A stretch of 32,000 nt of DNA. Origin: Methylophaga frappieri. Its GTDB lineage: Bacteria > Pseudomonadota > Gammaproteobacteria > Nitrosococcales > Methylophagaceae. Below are positions 21,167-29,920 of this stretch, in pieces. The notes under the pieces are model-generated. The model was not told the origin of the DNA, did no database searches, and was given only the letters and a program-made list of their open reading frames with translations. The position numbers and the translations under genes were made by a program. How positions within the stretch are numbered: the first letter of the stretch is position 1; each line of letters starts with the position of its first letter. The stretch spans positions 900,001-932,000 of the forward strand of contig NC_017856.1 of NCBI RefSeq assembly GCF_000260965.1, written 5' to 3'.

Positions 21167-22647
21167 ACTGAAACCCCACTGTTGTGTTCACGTTGTCGAA
21201 GTGCATCTAAGGCAACTTCGACATCACTGAATGGTGTGCGTACACCTTGTTTTTCTTGATAATTCTCATGACCTTTGCCAGCAATCAACACCATGTCTTC
21301 ATGTTGTGCTGTTTGAATGGCATAAAAAATCGCATCGCGCCGTTCTGTTTTCACCATTGCGCGCTCTGGATGGCTTAAACCACCGAGAATCTCGTTGTGA
21401 ATGTATTCGCTGGCTTCATCTCTGGGATTATCATCAGTGATGACCAAGTGGTCTGCCGATTGCTCTGCAGCCGCCCCCATCAAGGCACGTTTGCCGCGAT
21501 CCCGATTGCCTCCACATCCAAACACACACCACAAGGCCGATGTCGTTGCGACATGCTTGCGCATGGCGATTAAGGCAAGCGCCAATGCTGATGGTGTATG
21601 GGCAAAATCGACAACAACGGTTGGGAAAGCGGGTTGTTGCACGAGTTGCATTCTGCCCGGAACGGCTTTCAAATCAGGTAAGTGATTCGCAATCTGTTCA
21701 GCTGACCAGCCCAATTGTGAGAGGATGCCGGCTGTTACCAATATGTTGTCGATATTAAATTCACCCAGCAAGCTAACTGAAACGGTTTTTTTGCTTGCCT
21801 TCATCATGAAATCAAACTGCATACCAGTCATGGTCATGCCAATATTTTGTGCCGATACAAAGGCGGAAGGATGCTGACCGACCAGACAAGTATTGATGCC
21901 TTTAGCCGCTAGGTTAGTTGCGGATTCAGACACAAAATCATCATCTATATTGAGTACTGCGGATCGAACACCTGACAAATCAAATAATTTCATTTTTGCC
22001 GCGCCATAGCGCTGCATATCACCATGGTAATCAAGATGATCGCGGCTCAAGTTGGTGAATGCAGCGATATCGATGTTCACGGCATTCAACCGCCCTTGTT
22101 CAAGGGCATGAGATGAGGCTTCAATCACGACAAACTTAATACCAGCATCGCGCATATCAGCAAGCTGATGCTGGACTTCAACTGGACTGGGGGTGGTCAT
22201 GCCTGATTCCGTCAACTGACCATAACGGCCCACTCCCAACGTCCCAATTACCCCACAAGGCTCGCCTGATATCTCCAACATCTGGGCGACGAATTGACTC
22301 ACAGAGGTTTTGCCATTGGTACCCGTTACTGCCATCACCGTCATGGCCTGACTGGGCTGGTGGTAAAACCTGTCAGCCAACAGGCTAATGTGTTGATCCA
22401 AATCGTTAATCATGACAACCGGTAATGATGACGTAATGGCAGATTGCTCCGTCTCAACCACGATTGCGACAGCACCTGCGTTTTCTGCTTGAGTGATATG
22501 TAATTGACGTTGGGGCATATCTTTAGCCGTAGCGATAAACAAGTCGCCCGCTGTCACTGTCCGACTATCCATGCTAAGCCCAGTCACCATCACGTCTACC
22601 GAGAGCGGCGACGTCAGATCTTGAATCAGTTGATTTAATACCATCAT
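21163..22647 (-). CDS. murE: UDP-N-acetylmuramoyl-L-alanyl-D-glutamate--2,6-diaminopimelate ligase MurE
   Basis: 494 aa with VTGTNGKTS and a DNPR-type motif (ITDDNPRDE) consistent with meso-DAP specificity. It lies between ftsI and murF. Confidence 0.95.
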   Translation of the reverse strand: MMVLNQLIQDLTSPLSVDVMVTGLSMDSRTVTAGDLFIATAKDMPQRQLHITQAENAGAVAIVVETEQSAITSSLPVVMINDLDQHISLLADRFYHQPSQAMTVMAVTGTNGKTSVSQFVAQMLEISGEPCGVIGTLGVGRYGQLTESGMTTPSPVEVQHQLADMRDAGIKFVVIEASSHALEQGRLNAVNIDIAAFTNLSRDHLDYHGDMQRYGAAKMKLFDLSGVRSAVLNIDDDFVSESATNLAAKGINTCLVGQHPSAFVSAQNIGMTMTGMQFDFMMKASKKTVSVSLLGEFNIDNILVTAGILSQLGWSAEQIANHLPDLKAVPGRMQLVQQPAFPTVVVDFAHTPSALALALIAMRKHVATTSALWCVFGCGGNRDRGKRALMGAAAEQSADHLVITDDNPRDEASEYIHNEILGGLSHPERAMVKTERRDAIFYAIQTAQHEDMVLIAGKGHENYQEKQGVRTPFSDVEVALDALRQREHNSGVSV

Positions 22648-24350
22648 GACTGACCGGCCATTTGTAAGTGGTCTGCCGGTAACGCGTCTGGCGCAATATT
22701 CAATAATCGCATGGCCCCGGTCATCACTTCGGCAAATACCGGCGCAGCAACAGCGCCACCGTAATATTCATCGCCGCCGGGTGAGTCCACCATAACAACC
22801 ATGGCCAGACGTGGCTCACTTGCGGGAATCAGGCCTGCAAAAACAGATTGGTATTCTGATTCGGTGTAGCCACCCGTGGCACTCGTCTTTTTCACTGTGC
22901 CGGTTTTACCAGCAACACGGTAATTCACGACTGCAGCGCGGGTCGCGGTTCCGCCCGGTTGCACCGTTAATTCCATCATTTTGCGTACTTTGCCAATCAA
23001 ATCACTGGCAAAGACTCGTCTGCCAGGCATCGGTTTGTCTTGTTTTAAAAAAGTGATATCGCGCAGAACGCCGCCATTGCCGATGACAGCATAAGCACGC
23101 GCTAATTGCAGGGCATTGGTTGCCAGTCCATAGCCATAAGCCAGTGTGGCCCGATCCAGTTTTCGCCAATCTCGCGGATCCGGTAAATGACCTTCCGCCT
23201 CCCCAGGGAAATAACCGCCGGTGGGGGAGCCAAGGCCAAAGGCGGCAAAATCCTGCCACAGATCATTCGGATCTAATTCCAATGCAATTTTGCTGGAGGC
23301 GATATTGCTGGAAACCTGAATAAGACGCGCTAGATCGATTTCACCATAATCTCGAAAATCACGGATGGAATGACCTGAAACGCGAAACACGCCAGGATGC
23401 GTATTGATAATGGTTTGCTCGTCAAAGAGTCCCGATTTCAAGCCACTTAATACCGTAAAAGGTTTTACCGTTGAACCCGGCTCAAACAAATCGGTCACCG
23501 CCCGGTTTCTAAAATCAGAGCTCCGTAACCCAGTCCGATTATTCGGGTTAAATGCCGGCTGATTTGCCATCGCCAGTACTTCACCTGTTTTCACATCGAC
23601 TATGACCGCTGTACCGCCCACCGCCTGATGCGCCTTCACAGCAGATTTCAAGGCATTGTAGGTCAAATACTGCAGACGTAAATCCATACTGATTTGCAGA
23701 TTTTCACCCGCTTTAGCTGCCCGAATTTGTTCCCCGCCACCGACATAATTGCCTCGACTGTCGCGAATCATTCGCTTCAGCCCAGGCACGCCGGTCAACG
23801 TTGGCTCATAAATTAATTCCAGGCCTTCCTGTCCAACATCATCAATATTAGTAAAGCCCAGCATATGCGCACTGACTTCAGCGGTTGGGTAATAGCGTTT
23901 GTATTCTCGCTGCAAGGCAACACCAGGGACTTTGAGCTGTTTTACTTGTGCAGCCAAAGCCGGCGTAATGCGACGCTTGATATAGACAAACTCGCGTTTG
24001 CCATAATTGGCAATCTTCTCTTGTAAACCACTCAAACTGACATTTAACAGATTAGCCACTTTATCCAGATTCGGACTGTCCGCCCGGGTTACCTGTGGAT
24101 TAAGCCAGACAGAGTGCACCGGCGTACTAATTGCCAAAGGCTCGCCATGGCGATCCAAAATCATGCCCCGGTGCGCAACAACTGGCACATTTCGCAAATG
24201 ACGAGCATCGCCTTGATTACGTAAAAACTCGTTATTGAGAATCTGAATATCAACCAAACGCCACAACAAACCAGCAACCACCAGCACGAAGCCGGCACGC
24301 ACGATATTTAATCGCCAGCCATGTGTTGCTTTTGCAGAATGGCGACTCAT
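22644..24350 (-). CDS. ftsI: Peptidoglycan D,D-transpeptidase FtsI (PBP3)
   Basis: 568 aa with an N-terminal TM anchor and the class B PBP motifs STVK (GSTVKPF), SSN (VSSNIAS) and KTG (AGKTGT). Confidence 0.96.
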   Translation of the reverse strand: MSRHSAKATHGWRLNIVRAGFVLVVAGLLWRLVDIQILNNEFLRNQGDARHLRNVPVVAHRGMILDRHGEPLAISTPVHSVWLNPQVTRADSPNLDKVANLLNVSLSGLQEKIANYGKREFVYIKRRITPALAAQVKQLKVPGVALQREYKRYYPTAEVSAHMLGFTNIDDVGQEGLELIYEPTLTGVPGLKRMIRDSRGNYVGGGEQIRAAKAGENLQISMDLRLQYLTYNALKSAVKAHQAVGGTAVIVDVKTGEVLAMANQPAFNPNNRTGLRSSDFRNRAVTDLFEPGSTVKPFTVLSGLKSGLFDEQTIINTHPGVFRVSGHSIRDFRDYGEIDLARLIQVSSNIASSKIALELDPNDLWQDFAAFGLGSPTGGYFPGEAEGHLPDPRDWRKLDRATLAYGYGLATNALQLARAYAVIGNGGVLRDITFLKQDKPMPGRRVFASDLIGKVRKMMELTVQPGGTATRAAVVNYRVAGKTGTVKKTSATGGYTESEYQSVFAGLIPASEPRLAMVVMVDSPGGDEYYGGAVAAPVFAEVMTGAMRLLNIAPDALPADHLQMAGQS

Positions 24351-24640
24351 GGCGTCACCATCACTGTCTCAGCAGCAGTTGGTACATACATATCCAACTG
24401 CTGTCTGGCCTGCTGTTCTACTCGTCCCGGACTGCCCCACGTGCTTTGTTCGAGCAGTAAACGTCCCCACTCTTCATTTAGCGCATCTCGCTCATTTTCA
24501 AGTTGTTGCATGAGTACAAACGTACTGCGGCCAGTATGCTTGGTTACTACTACGGCAACCGCTGACGCCAGCACCAATAACATCATGATCAGCAACGGCA
24601 AATCGCTGCGCATATTCGAAAGCAACGTTGACAACATCAT
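24347..24640 (-). CDS. ftsL: Cell division protein FtsL
   Basis: 97-aa bitopic protein (TM segment [19 protein letters not shown] followed by a coiled-coil/leucine-zipper-like segment). It sits in the canonical slot between rsmH and ftsI, with ATGA overlaps on both sides. Confidence 0.88.
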   Translation of the reverse strand: MMLSTLLSNMRSDLPLLIMMLLVLASAVAVVVTKHTGRSTFVLMQQLENERDALNEEWGRLLLEQSTWGSPGRVEQQARQQLDMYVPTAAETVMVTP

Positions 24641-25575
24641 GCCAACTTCTCCGCAACCCGCATCACCGCGCTGCGAGCTCGCGGATTGTCCGCTAACTCG
24701 GCTTCCTCGGCACGAATGGCTTTACCGATAATTTTCAATCGCGGATTCAGCTCTGCAGCGCGCACTGGGAAATGGGCGGGCAGGTCATCGCCCTTGGCTT
24801 GATCTCGAAAATAGCGTTTAACAATCCGGTCTTCCAACGAATGGAAACTAATCACCACTAACCGACCGCCAACAGCCAACACATCAAGTGCTTGTGCCAG
24901 CACCTGCGTTAATTCACCTAATTCATCATTGATAAAAATACGGATCGCTTGGAAGGTTCGTGTCGCAGGATGTTTAAATTTATCCTTCACGGGACTTGCC
25001 TTGTCGACCAACTCTGCTAATTGGCGTGTCGTCGTTAACGGTTGCTCAAGGCGTTGCTCACAAATTGCTCTGGCAATCCGTTTACCGAACCGCTCTTCAC
25101 CCAATTCTTTGATGACGCTTGCGATCTCACTTTCTTCAGCTTCTGCCAACCATTGTGCAGCGCTTATCCCTTGACTGGTATCCATACGCATATCTAAGGG
25201 CCCGTCGTGTAAAAAACTGAAGCCGCGTTCTGGTTGATCCAATTGCGGTGATGACACGCCAATATCCAGCAAAATACCGTTTACGCGTTGTTGCCAGAGC
25301 CGACCAAAAACAACTTGTTCCAGTTCTGAAAAGGCGCAGTGCGCAATTGAGAAGCGGGGATCTTCGGCCGCCAGAACTTGCCCCACTGAAATAGCCTGTG
25401 GATCCCGGTCAAGCCCTAACAAACGGCCTGAAGCATCTAGTTGATCTAAAATTTTACGGCTATGACCACCGCGGCCAAAGGTGGCATCGACATAGAGACC
25501 GTCAGGCTGAATAGCCAGTGCGGTTACGGCCTCGTTAAGTAAGACCGATGCATGTTTTGAGTGGCTGTTGGTCAT
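24637..25575 (-). CDS. rsmH: 16S rRNA (cytosine1402-N4)-methyltransferase RsmH (MraW)
   Basis: 312 aa with [30 protein letters not shown]-like ([12 protein letters not shown]) and [11 protein letters not shown]. Confidence 0.96.
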   Translation of the reverse strand: MTNSHSKHASVLLNEAVTALAIQPDGLYVDATFGRGGHSRKILDQLDASGRLLGLDRDPQAISVGQVLAAEDPRFSIAHCAFSELEQVVFGRLWQQRVNGILLDIGVSSPQLDQPERGFSFLHDGPLDMRMDTSQGISAAQWLAEAEESEIASVIKELGEERFGKRIARAICEQRLEQPLTTTRQLAELVDKASPVKDKFKHPATRTFQAIRIFINDELGELTQVLAQALDVLAVGGRLVVISFHSLEDRIVKRYFRDQAKGDDLPAHFPVRAAELNPRLKIIGKAIRAEEAELADNPRARSAVMRVAEKLA

Positions 25576-25583
25576 TGTCCGCC

Positions 25584-26036
25584 CTAAATTGACAGGCTTT
25601 CCAGCTCAGCCGGTAAAATCTCATCAAAGTCTTCTTGCAGACAGTCATCCATGAGCGTATTCCAGGTTTGTTCATCCCAGAGCTCAAATTTATTCCCTTG
25701 GCCTATCATCACCATGTTTTTGTCCAGCCCTGCAAATTCGCGCAACTTGGCCGGCAGCAAAATCCGACCATTACCATCCATTTCACATTCGGTGGCATAA
25801 CCCAGCAACATACGTTTTAAACGGCGAACTTGTGGATTGAGACTTGGCAATGCAGTCAGTTTTTTTTCCACTGACTCCCACTCAGGCAAGGGATATAACT
25901 GCAGACAATGATCAGAATGATCAATGGTGATCACCAGCCGGCCCTCACAACAGACATCAAGATGCTTACGGAACTTGGCTGGTATTGCCATCCGCCCTTT
26001 TGCATCCAGATTAAATGTTGCAACGCCTCGAAACAC
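25584..26036 (-). CDS. mraZ: Transcriptional regulator MraZ
   Basis: 150 aa with two SpoVT/AbrB-like halves, each carrying a DxxGR motif ([20 protein letters not shown]). It has a GTG start with an AGGA SD upstream and is the first gene of the dcw cluster. Confidence 0.95.
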   Translation of the reverse strand: MFRGVATFNLDAKGRMAIPAKFRKHLDVCCEGRLVITIDHSDHCLQLYPLPEWESVEKKLTALPSLNPQVRRLKRMLLGYATECEMDGNGRILLPAKLREFAGLDKNMVMIGQGNKFELWDEQTWNTLMDDCLQEDFDEILPAELESLSI

Positions 26037-26054
26037 AGCTCTTCCTCAAGATGA

Positions 26055-26079
26055 TCCACAAAGATCCACTTTTCACCAC
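26055..26079 (-). promoter_or_regulatory. Putative MraZ operator: three direct GTGGN boxes at exact 10-bp spacing
   Basis: The minus strand reads aaGTGGTgaaaaGTGGAtctttGTGGAtc. On the plus strand the boxes are ACCAC 26075..26079, TCCAC 26065..26069 and TCCAC 26055..26059. They lie between the Pmra -10 and the mraZ start. This mirrors the three direct repeats with 5-nt spacers bound by E. coli MraZ. Confidence 0.6.
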
Positions 26080-26087
26080 TTATCGAC

Positions 26088-26116
26088 ACTATAGGAGGGC
26101 AGATCAGACAAGTCAA
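26088..26116 (-). promoter_or_regulatory. Pmra sigma70 promoter of the dcw cluster
   Basis: Minus strand: TTGACT (26116..26111), a 17-nt spacer, then TATAGT (26093..26088). The -10 ends about 50 nt upstream of the mraZ GTG. Confidence 0.7.
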
Positions 26117-26325
26117 GCACGAAAATAAACAAAATCCTCTTTTTATGACAAGGACTTAGCGCTGTTTTGTCTTGGTGGGAGAAAAGTCGATTGCGGTCCT
26201 GACAAGGACTGTTTTTTTATCAAAAAACTGGCACGGGAAGTTAAAGTAAATTCTAGAAGATCTGCCAACACAGGCTGCTAAAATAAAAATGCTGGCAGAA
26301 TTTTCGAGTACGTCACAAAGAAAAA

Positions 26326-26696
26326 ATTGAGATGGCCGATAAGCCGGGTTCTGTCGTGGACAATCATTCATCTGGGACAGATGTCACCATCTGCCTCAAG
26401 CAACCTACCCGGGAACCATGCGGGTCGCATGTTGTGCCGAAACACGTGTTCCCCTATTTGGTCTTGCTCCAGGTGGGGTTTACCTTGCCGTTGCTGTTGC
26501 CAGCCGCGCGGTGCGCTCTTACCGCACCATTTCACCCTTACCCGGCTGCAGACGCAAATCTTACATCACCGGGCGGTATTCTTTCTGTTGCACTTGCCGT
26601 GGACTCACGCCCCCCAGGCGTTACCTGGCACCTTACCCTTTGGAGCCCGGACTTTCCTCACTGAATTATCTCAGCGCGATTGTCTGGCCATCTCAG
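26326..26696 (-). ncRNA. rnpB: RNase P RNA (M1 RNA), bacterial type A
   Basis: The reverse complement carries both universally conserved P4 strands: GAGGAAAGUCCGGGCUCC (plus 26642..26659) and ACAGAACCCGGCUUAU (plus 26339..26354). The P1 stem is closed by 5' GAGAUGGCC (26694..26686) pairing with 3' GGCCAUCUC (26337..26329). Long stretches align with E. coli M1 RNA (GGUGCCAGGUAACGCCUGGGGGG, GUGCAACAGAAAG). Ends are approximate to within 5 nt. Confidence 0.93.
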
Positions 26697-26720
26697 GCTG
26701 GGTATTTTACGCAAGCCAGT

Positions 26721-27590
26721 TTATTTCTGCTGAAGTTTCAATGCTAACTGGTAAGCCGCATTTTTACTTACTGATAGCCATTGCGCCGTAATGGCTGCGG
26801 CTTTTTTAACCGACATTTCGGGCAACAACAGCGTCAATAATTGTTGCATGGCTTGTTCATCAGCTGTGATTGCAGCGGGAGCACCGGCAATCAACAAAAC
26901 AATTTCGCCTTTTTGCTGATTCAGGTCATTCGTAACCCACTCCGTTAATACTGCAAGCGGCGCGGTTTTAATGGTTTCGTGAATCTTGGTCAATTCCCGG
27001 GCCAGCGTTGCTTGACGATCCGGACCAAATATCTGCTGACAATCTTGCAGCGTTGCCGCAATGCGTTTTGGGCTTTCGTAAAAAATCAGGGTTCGTGTTT
27101 CATGAATAAATTGCTGAAGCGTGTGTTGCCGTGCGAAGACTTTGGGGGGGAGAAACCCCTCAAAAGCAAATCTATTTGATGCCAGACCAGCCGCGGACAA
27201 CGCTGCGATAAGCGCACTACAGCCCGGAATTGGCACGACTTGAATACCGGCCTCAATAACGCGTGTCACTAAACGATAACCAGGATCGTTGATCAACGGC
27301 GTACCCGCATCTGAAATCAAGGCAATCGACTCACCAGCCTGCAATTTTTGCAGCAAGACATCACTACGCTGCTGCTCATTGTGTTCGTGCAATGAAATGG
27401 TTGGCGTGGCAATTTGATAATGTGTCAGCAAGTACTTACTGTGACGCGTATCTTCAGCGGCTATTAAGTTCACCTGATTAAGGGTTTCAACAGCCCGAAA
27501 ACTGATATCGGCCAGATTACCAATCGGCGTCGCAACAATATATAAGATGCCCGGAGTTGGGTCTGTCACAATGTTTTCCTGATTAATCAC
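26721..27590 (-). CDS. rsmI: 16S rRNA (cytidine1402-2'-O)-methyltransferase RsmI
   Basis: Tetrapyrrole-methylase-fold N-terminus GILYIVATPIGNLADISFRAVETL, then AEDTRHS and SDAGTPLINDPG. The track start is a GTG at 27590. An internal GTG at 27569 has a better SD (AGGAAA) and may be the true start. Confidence 0.93.
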   Translation of the reverse strand: MINQENIVTDPTPGILYIVATPIGNLADISFRAVETLNQVNLIAAEDTRHSKYLLTHYQIATPTISLHEHNEQQRSDVLLQKLQAGESIALISDAGTPLINDPGYRLVTRVIEAGIQVVPIPGCSALIAALSAAGLASNRFAFEGFLPPKVFARQHTLQQFIHETRTLIFYESPKRIAATLQDCQQIFGPDRQATLARELTKIHETIKTAPLAVLTEWVTNDLNQQKGEIVLLIAGAPAAITADEQAMQQLLTLLLPEMSVKKAAAITAQWLSVSKNAAYQLALKLQQK

Positions 27591-27662
27591 TCGGTTCTGG
27601 TCGTAATATACGCGAACAGGTAAGATGATGCTTCCCTAGTACATTAAGAGAATCCGGACACC

Positions 27663-29501
27663 ATGCGTCGACTTTCTGCCTTAATTATGATGTTTCTGCT
27701 GGTTTCGTTGACTGCCTGTCAGCCAGGCGCATTAGATCGCAGGGACAGCTTGCCTCTGGCAGATGAACTTATCTCCGAAGCAGAACAAAGCGGAGAATTG
27801 GCACAGGCTGCCGAAGCCTATCTCAACAAAGCCGAATCAAGCGAGGGCGCTTTGCAAGCTGCTTATTACTATCGTGCCGCCAGTGTCAGTTATGCGCTGG
27901 AAGATTATCCCCGTGCAGCCGAAATTCTGAACTTGATCGATATCAACAAACTGGCACCAGCCGATCAAATTGAGGCTTTGCTGTTGCAGTCTGAAATAGC
28001 CTTGTTATTAAACCAGCCAACGGCAGCCCTTGCCACTTTAAACCAAGTGGATACGGCGAATGCAAATAGTGAGCAACAACAGCGCAGGCTGTCGCTGAAA
28101 ATTGAGGCTTATGCACTCAACGAAAATGATTTGGATAAAGCCCTGACTCACCTTGAACTGGATCCGCTACTGAGCGCCAATGCGCAACGCGAGAACCGCG
28201 AAGCTCTATGGGCATCATTGATGGCTCTGAGTCCACAGCAGTTGGATTTGTTTAATCCGGGACACCCCCCGGCAGAAGATAGTGGCTGGTTCGCGTTGGC
28301 TTATGCCATCACAGCCTATCAGAACAATCCTGAGGCGCTGGATGTCGCCATCGAGAATTGGTACATCACCTACCCGAATCACCCAGCTGATGCAGAAAGT
28401 TACCGAGCGGAAGTCAAACCTGTTTTTGCATTACCGGATGCTATCGGCCATGTTGCCGTGCTGTTGCCTGAGTCAGGTGCCATTGCAGGCGCGGCAAATG
28501 CGGTCAAGCAAGGCATTATCGCGGCACACTTTGCCCAAGGTGCGAATCGCCAACTGACTTTTTATGACACCAGTCAGCGTGGTGGTGTCACCGAAGCCTA
28601 TCGTCAGGCCACCTCCGCTGGCGCCAGTATCGTGATTGGCCCTTTGGATAAGCAGGCTGTTCAGCAATTGGCAGATTTTGAGCCATTACCCATACCGATT
28701 CTGGCGTTAAATCGTATTTCAACGACACAATCCTTGCCTGCCCATTTCTTTCAATTTGGTCTCGCTCCCGAAGATGAAGCGGTATCCGCGGCCAACTTCG
28801 CGCTGAAACAGGGTTATCAACGTGCGCTGGTCATTGGCCCGGAAAGCACCTGGGGAGAGCGGGTAATAAGAGGCTTTGAACAAGCTTGGCGTGAACAGGG
28901 AGGTATTGTGGTAAGAAGTACCCGCTATCGGGAATCGCAAAGTGATTTTGCGGAAATCATTAAGCCCCTGTTCGCCTTGACCGATAGTGAGTACCGACGT
29001 AAGTCGCTGCAAAACACATTAAGTCGGACACTCGAGTTTGAACCACGCAGACGGCAAGACGTTGATTTTATCTTTATGGTTGCCAATCCGGTGAAAGGTC
29101 GTCAGTTAACGCCACAATTTCGATTTCACCGTTCTGGTCAGCTGCCGGTTCTCAGTACCTCTCATGTTTACGAAGGTACAGAAAACCCACGTCAGGATAT
29201 TGATTTGAATGGCATTATCATTAGCGACATTCCTTGGTTACTCAACCAAGATCAGGATGTCATTTACCAGGGGTTACTGAATCAGGCGACCGGTGACCGC
29301 GGCAGTTTCCTGCGCTTGGCGGCGATGGGCGTCGATGCGTATCAATTGATTGATGCGTTAACAGAGATGAATCAAAATCAACAGGTTTTTGAAGGTGTCA
29401 CCGGACAGTTAAGTATTGATGAGGCTGGTCATATTGACCGGCAGTTACCACAGGGCACATTTCAAGACGGAAAACTTCAGGCCATTACGGAGACTGAATG
29501 A
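27663..29501 (+). CDS. lpoA: Penicillin-binding protein activator LpoA (lipoprotein)
   Basis: 612 aa with a lipobox LVSLTAC after a signal peptide. A TPR-like N-terminal region is followed by a periplasmic-binding-protein-like C-terminal domain. It is divergent from rsmI and followed by yraN, the canonical yraL/yraM/yraN arrangement. Confidence 0.88.
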   Translation: MRRLSALIMMFLLVSLTACQPGALDRRDSLPLADELISEAEQSGELAQAAEAYLNKAESSEGALQAAYYYRAASVSYALEDYPRAAEILNLIDINKLAPADQIEALLLQSEIALLLNQPTAALATLNQVDTANANSEQQQRRLSLKIEAYALNENDLDKALTHLELDPLLSANAQRENREALWASLMALSPQQLDLFNPGHPPAEDSGWFALAYAITAYQNNPEALDVAIENWYITYPNHPADAESYRAEVKPVFALPDAIGHVAVLLPESGAIAGAANAVKQGIIAAHFAQGANRQLTFYDTSQRGGVTEAYRQATSAGASIVIGPLDKQAVQQLADFEPLPIPILALNRISTTQSLPAHFFQFGLAPEDEAVSAANFALKQGYQRALVIGPESTWGERVIRGFEQAWREQGGIVVRSTRYRESQSDFAEIIKPLFALTDSEYRRKSLQNTLSRTLEFEPRRRQDVDFIFMVANPVKGRQLTPQFRFHRSGQLPVLSTSHVYEGTENPRQDIDLNGIIISDIPWLLNQDQDVIYQGLLNQATGDRGSFLRLAAMGVDAYQLIDALTEMNQNQQVFEGVTGQLSIDEAGHIDRQLPQGTFQDGKLQAITETE

Positions 29502-29869
29502 CACAACGCCGCAAAGGATTGCAGGCAGAACAACTGGCATGCGCTTACTTAGAAGCACAAGGCTTGCGTTTGCTGTCAAAAAATTATTACAGCCGCCGCG
29601 GTGAAATTGACCTGATCATGCAAGAAGCCAACACCATTGTCTTTATTGAAGTCAAAGCGCGGCATGAAAGCCAGTACGGTAGTGCACTGGAAACCATTAC
29701 AATTCAAAAACAGTCACGTATTATCGCCACAGCACAGCATTATATTCAGCAACACCAGATACAAAATCCCTGTCGTTTTGATGCTGTGGCTATCCGGTTT
29801 TTCCGCGAGAATACCGTTGAAAAAGCCGTTGTATCCGACTGGATCCGTGATGCCTTTCAGGTAAACTGA
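29498..29869 (+). CDS. yraN: YraN family protein (UPF0102, endonuclease-like fold)
   Basis: 123 aa with GEIDLIM and VFIEVKAR motifs and RFDAVA. The start overlaps the lpoA stop (ATGA). Confidence 0.88.
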   Translation: MTQRRKGLQAEQLACAYLEAQGLRLLSKNYYSRRGEIDLIMQEANTIVFIEVKARHESQYGSALETITIQKQSRIIATAQHYIQQHQIQNPCRFDAVAIRFFRENTVEKAVVSDWIRDAFQVN

Positions 29870-29920
29870 GCCAAACTCACGGTAGACTATTAATTCCTTT
29901 GGTTAAATGAGGTTGATTAC

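Noticed and set aside
26261-26299. TCTGCCA...TGGCAGA inverted repeat just downstream of the rnpB 3' end, as the rnpB terminator.
   Set aside because: The stem is only 7 to 8 bp with a 21 to 25-nt A/T-rich loop, and no U-tract follows it on the minus strand. Support is insufficient.
26327-26791. Three overlapping + strand ORFs (154, 110 and 109 aa) and a 71-aa minus-strand ORF (26156..26371).
   Set aside because: They lie across the RNase P RNA gene, whose conserved P1/P4 elements explain the region. Open frames in a structured GC-rich RNA gene are coincidental.
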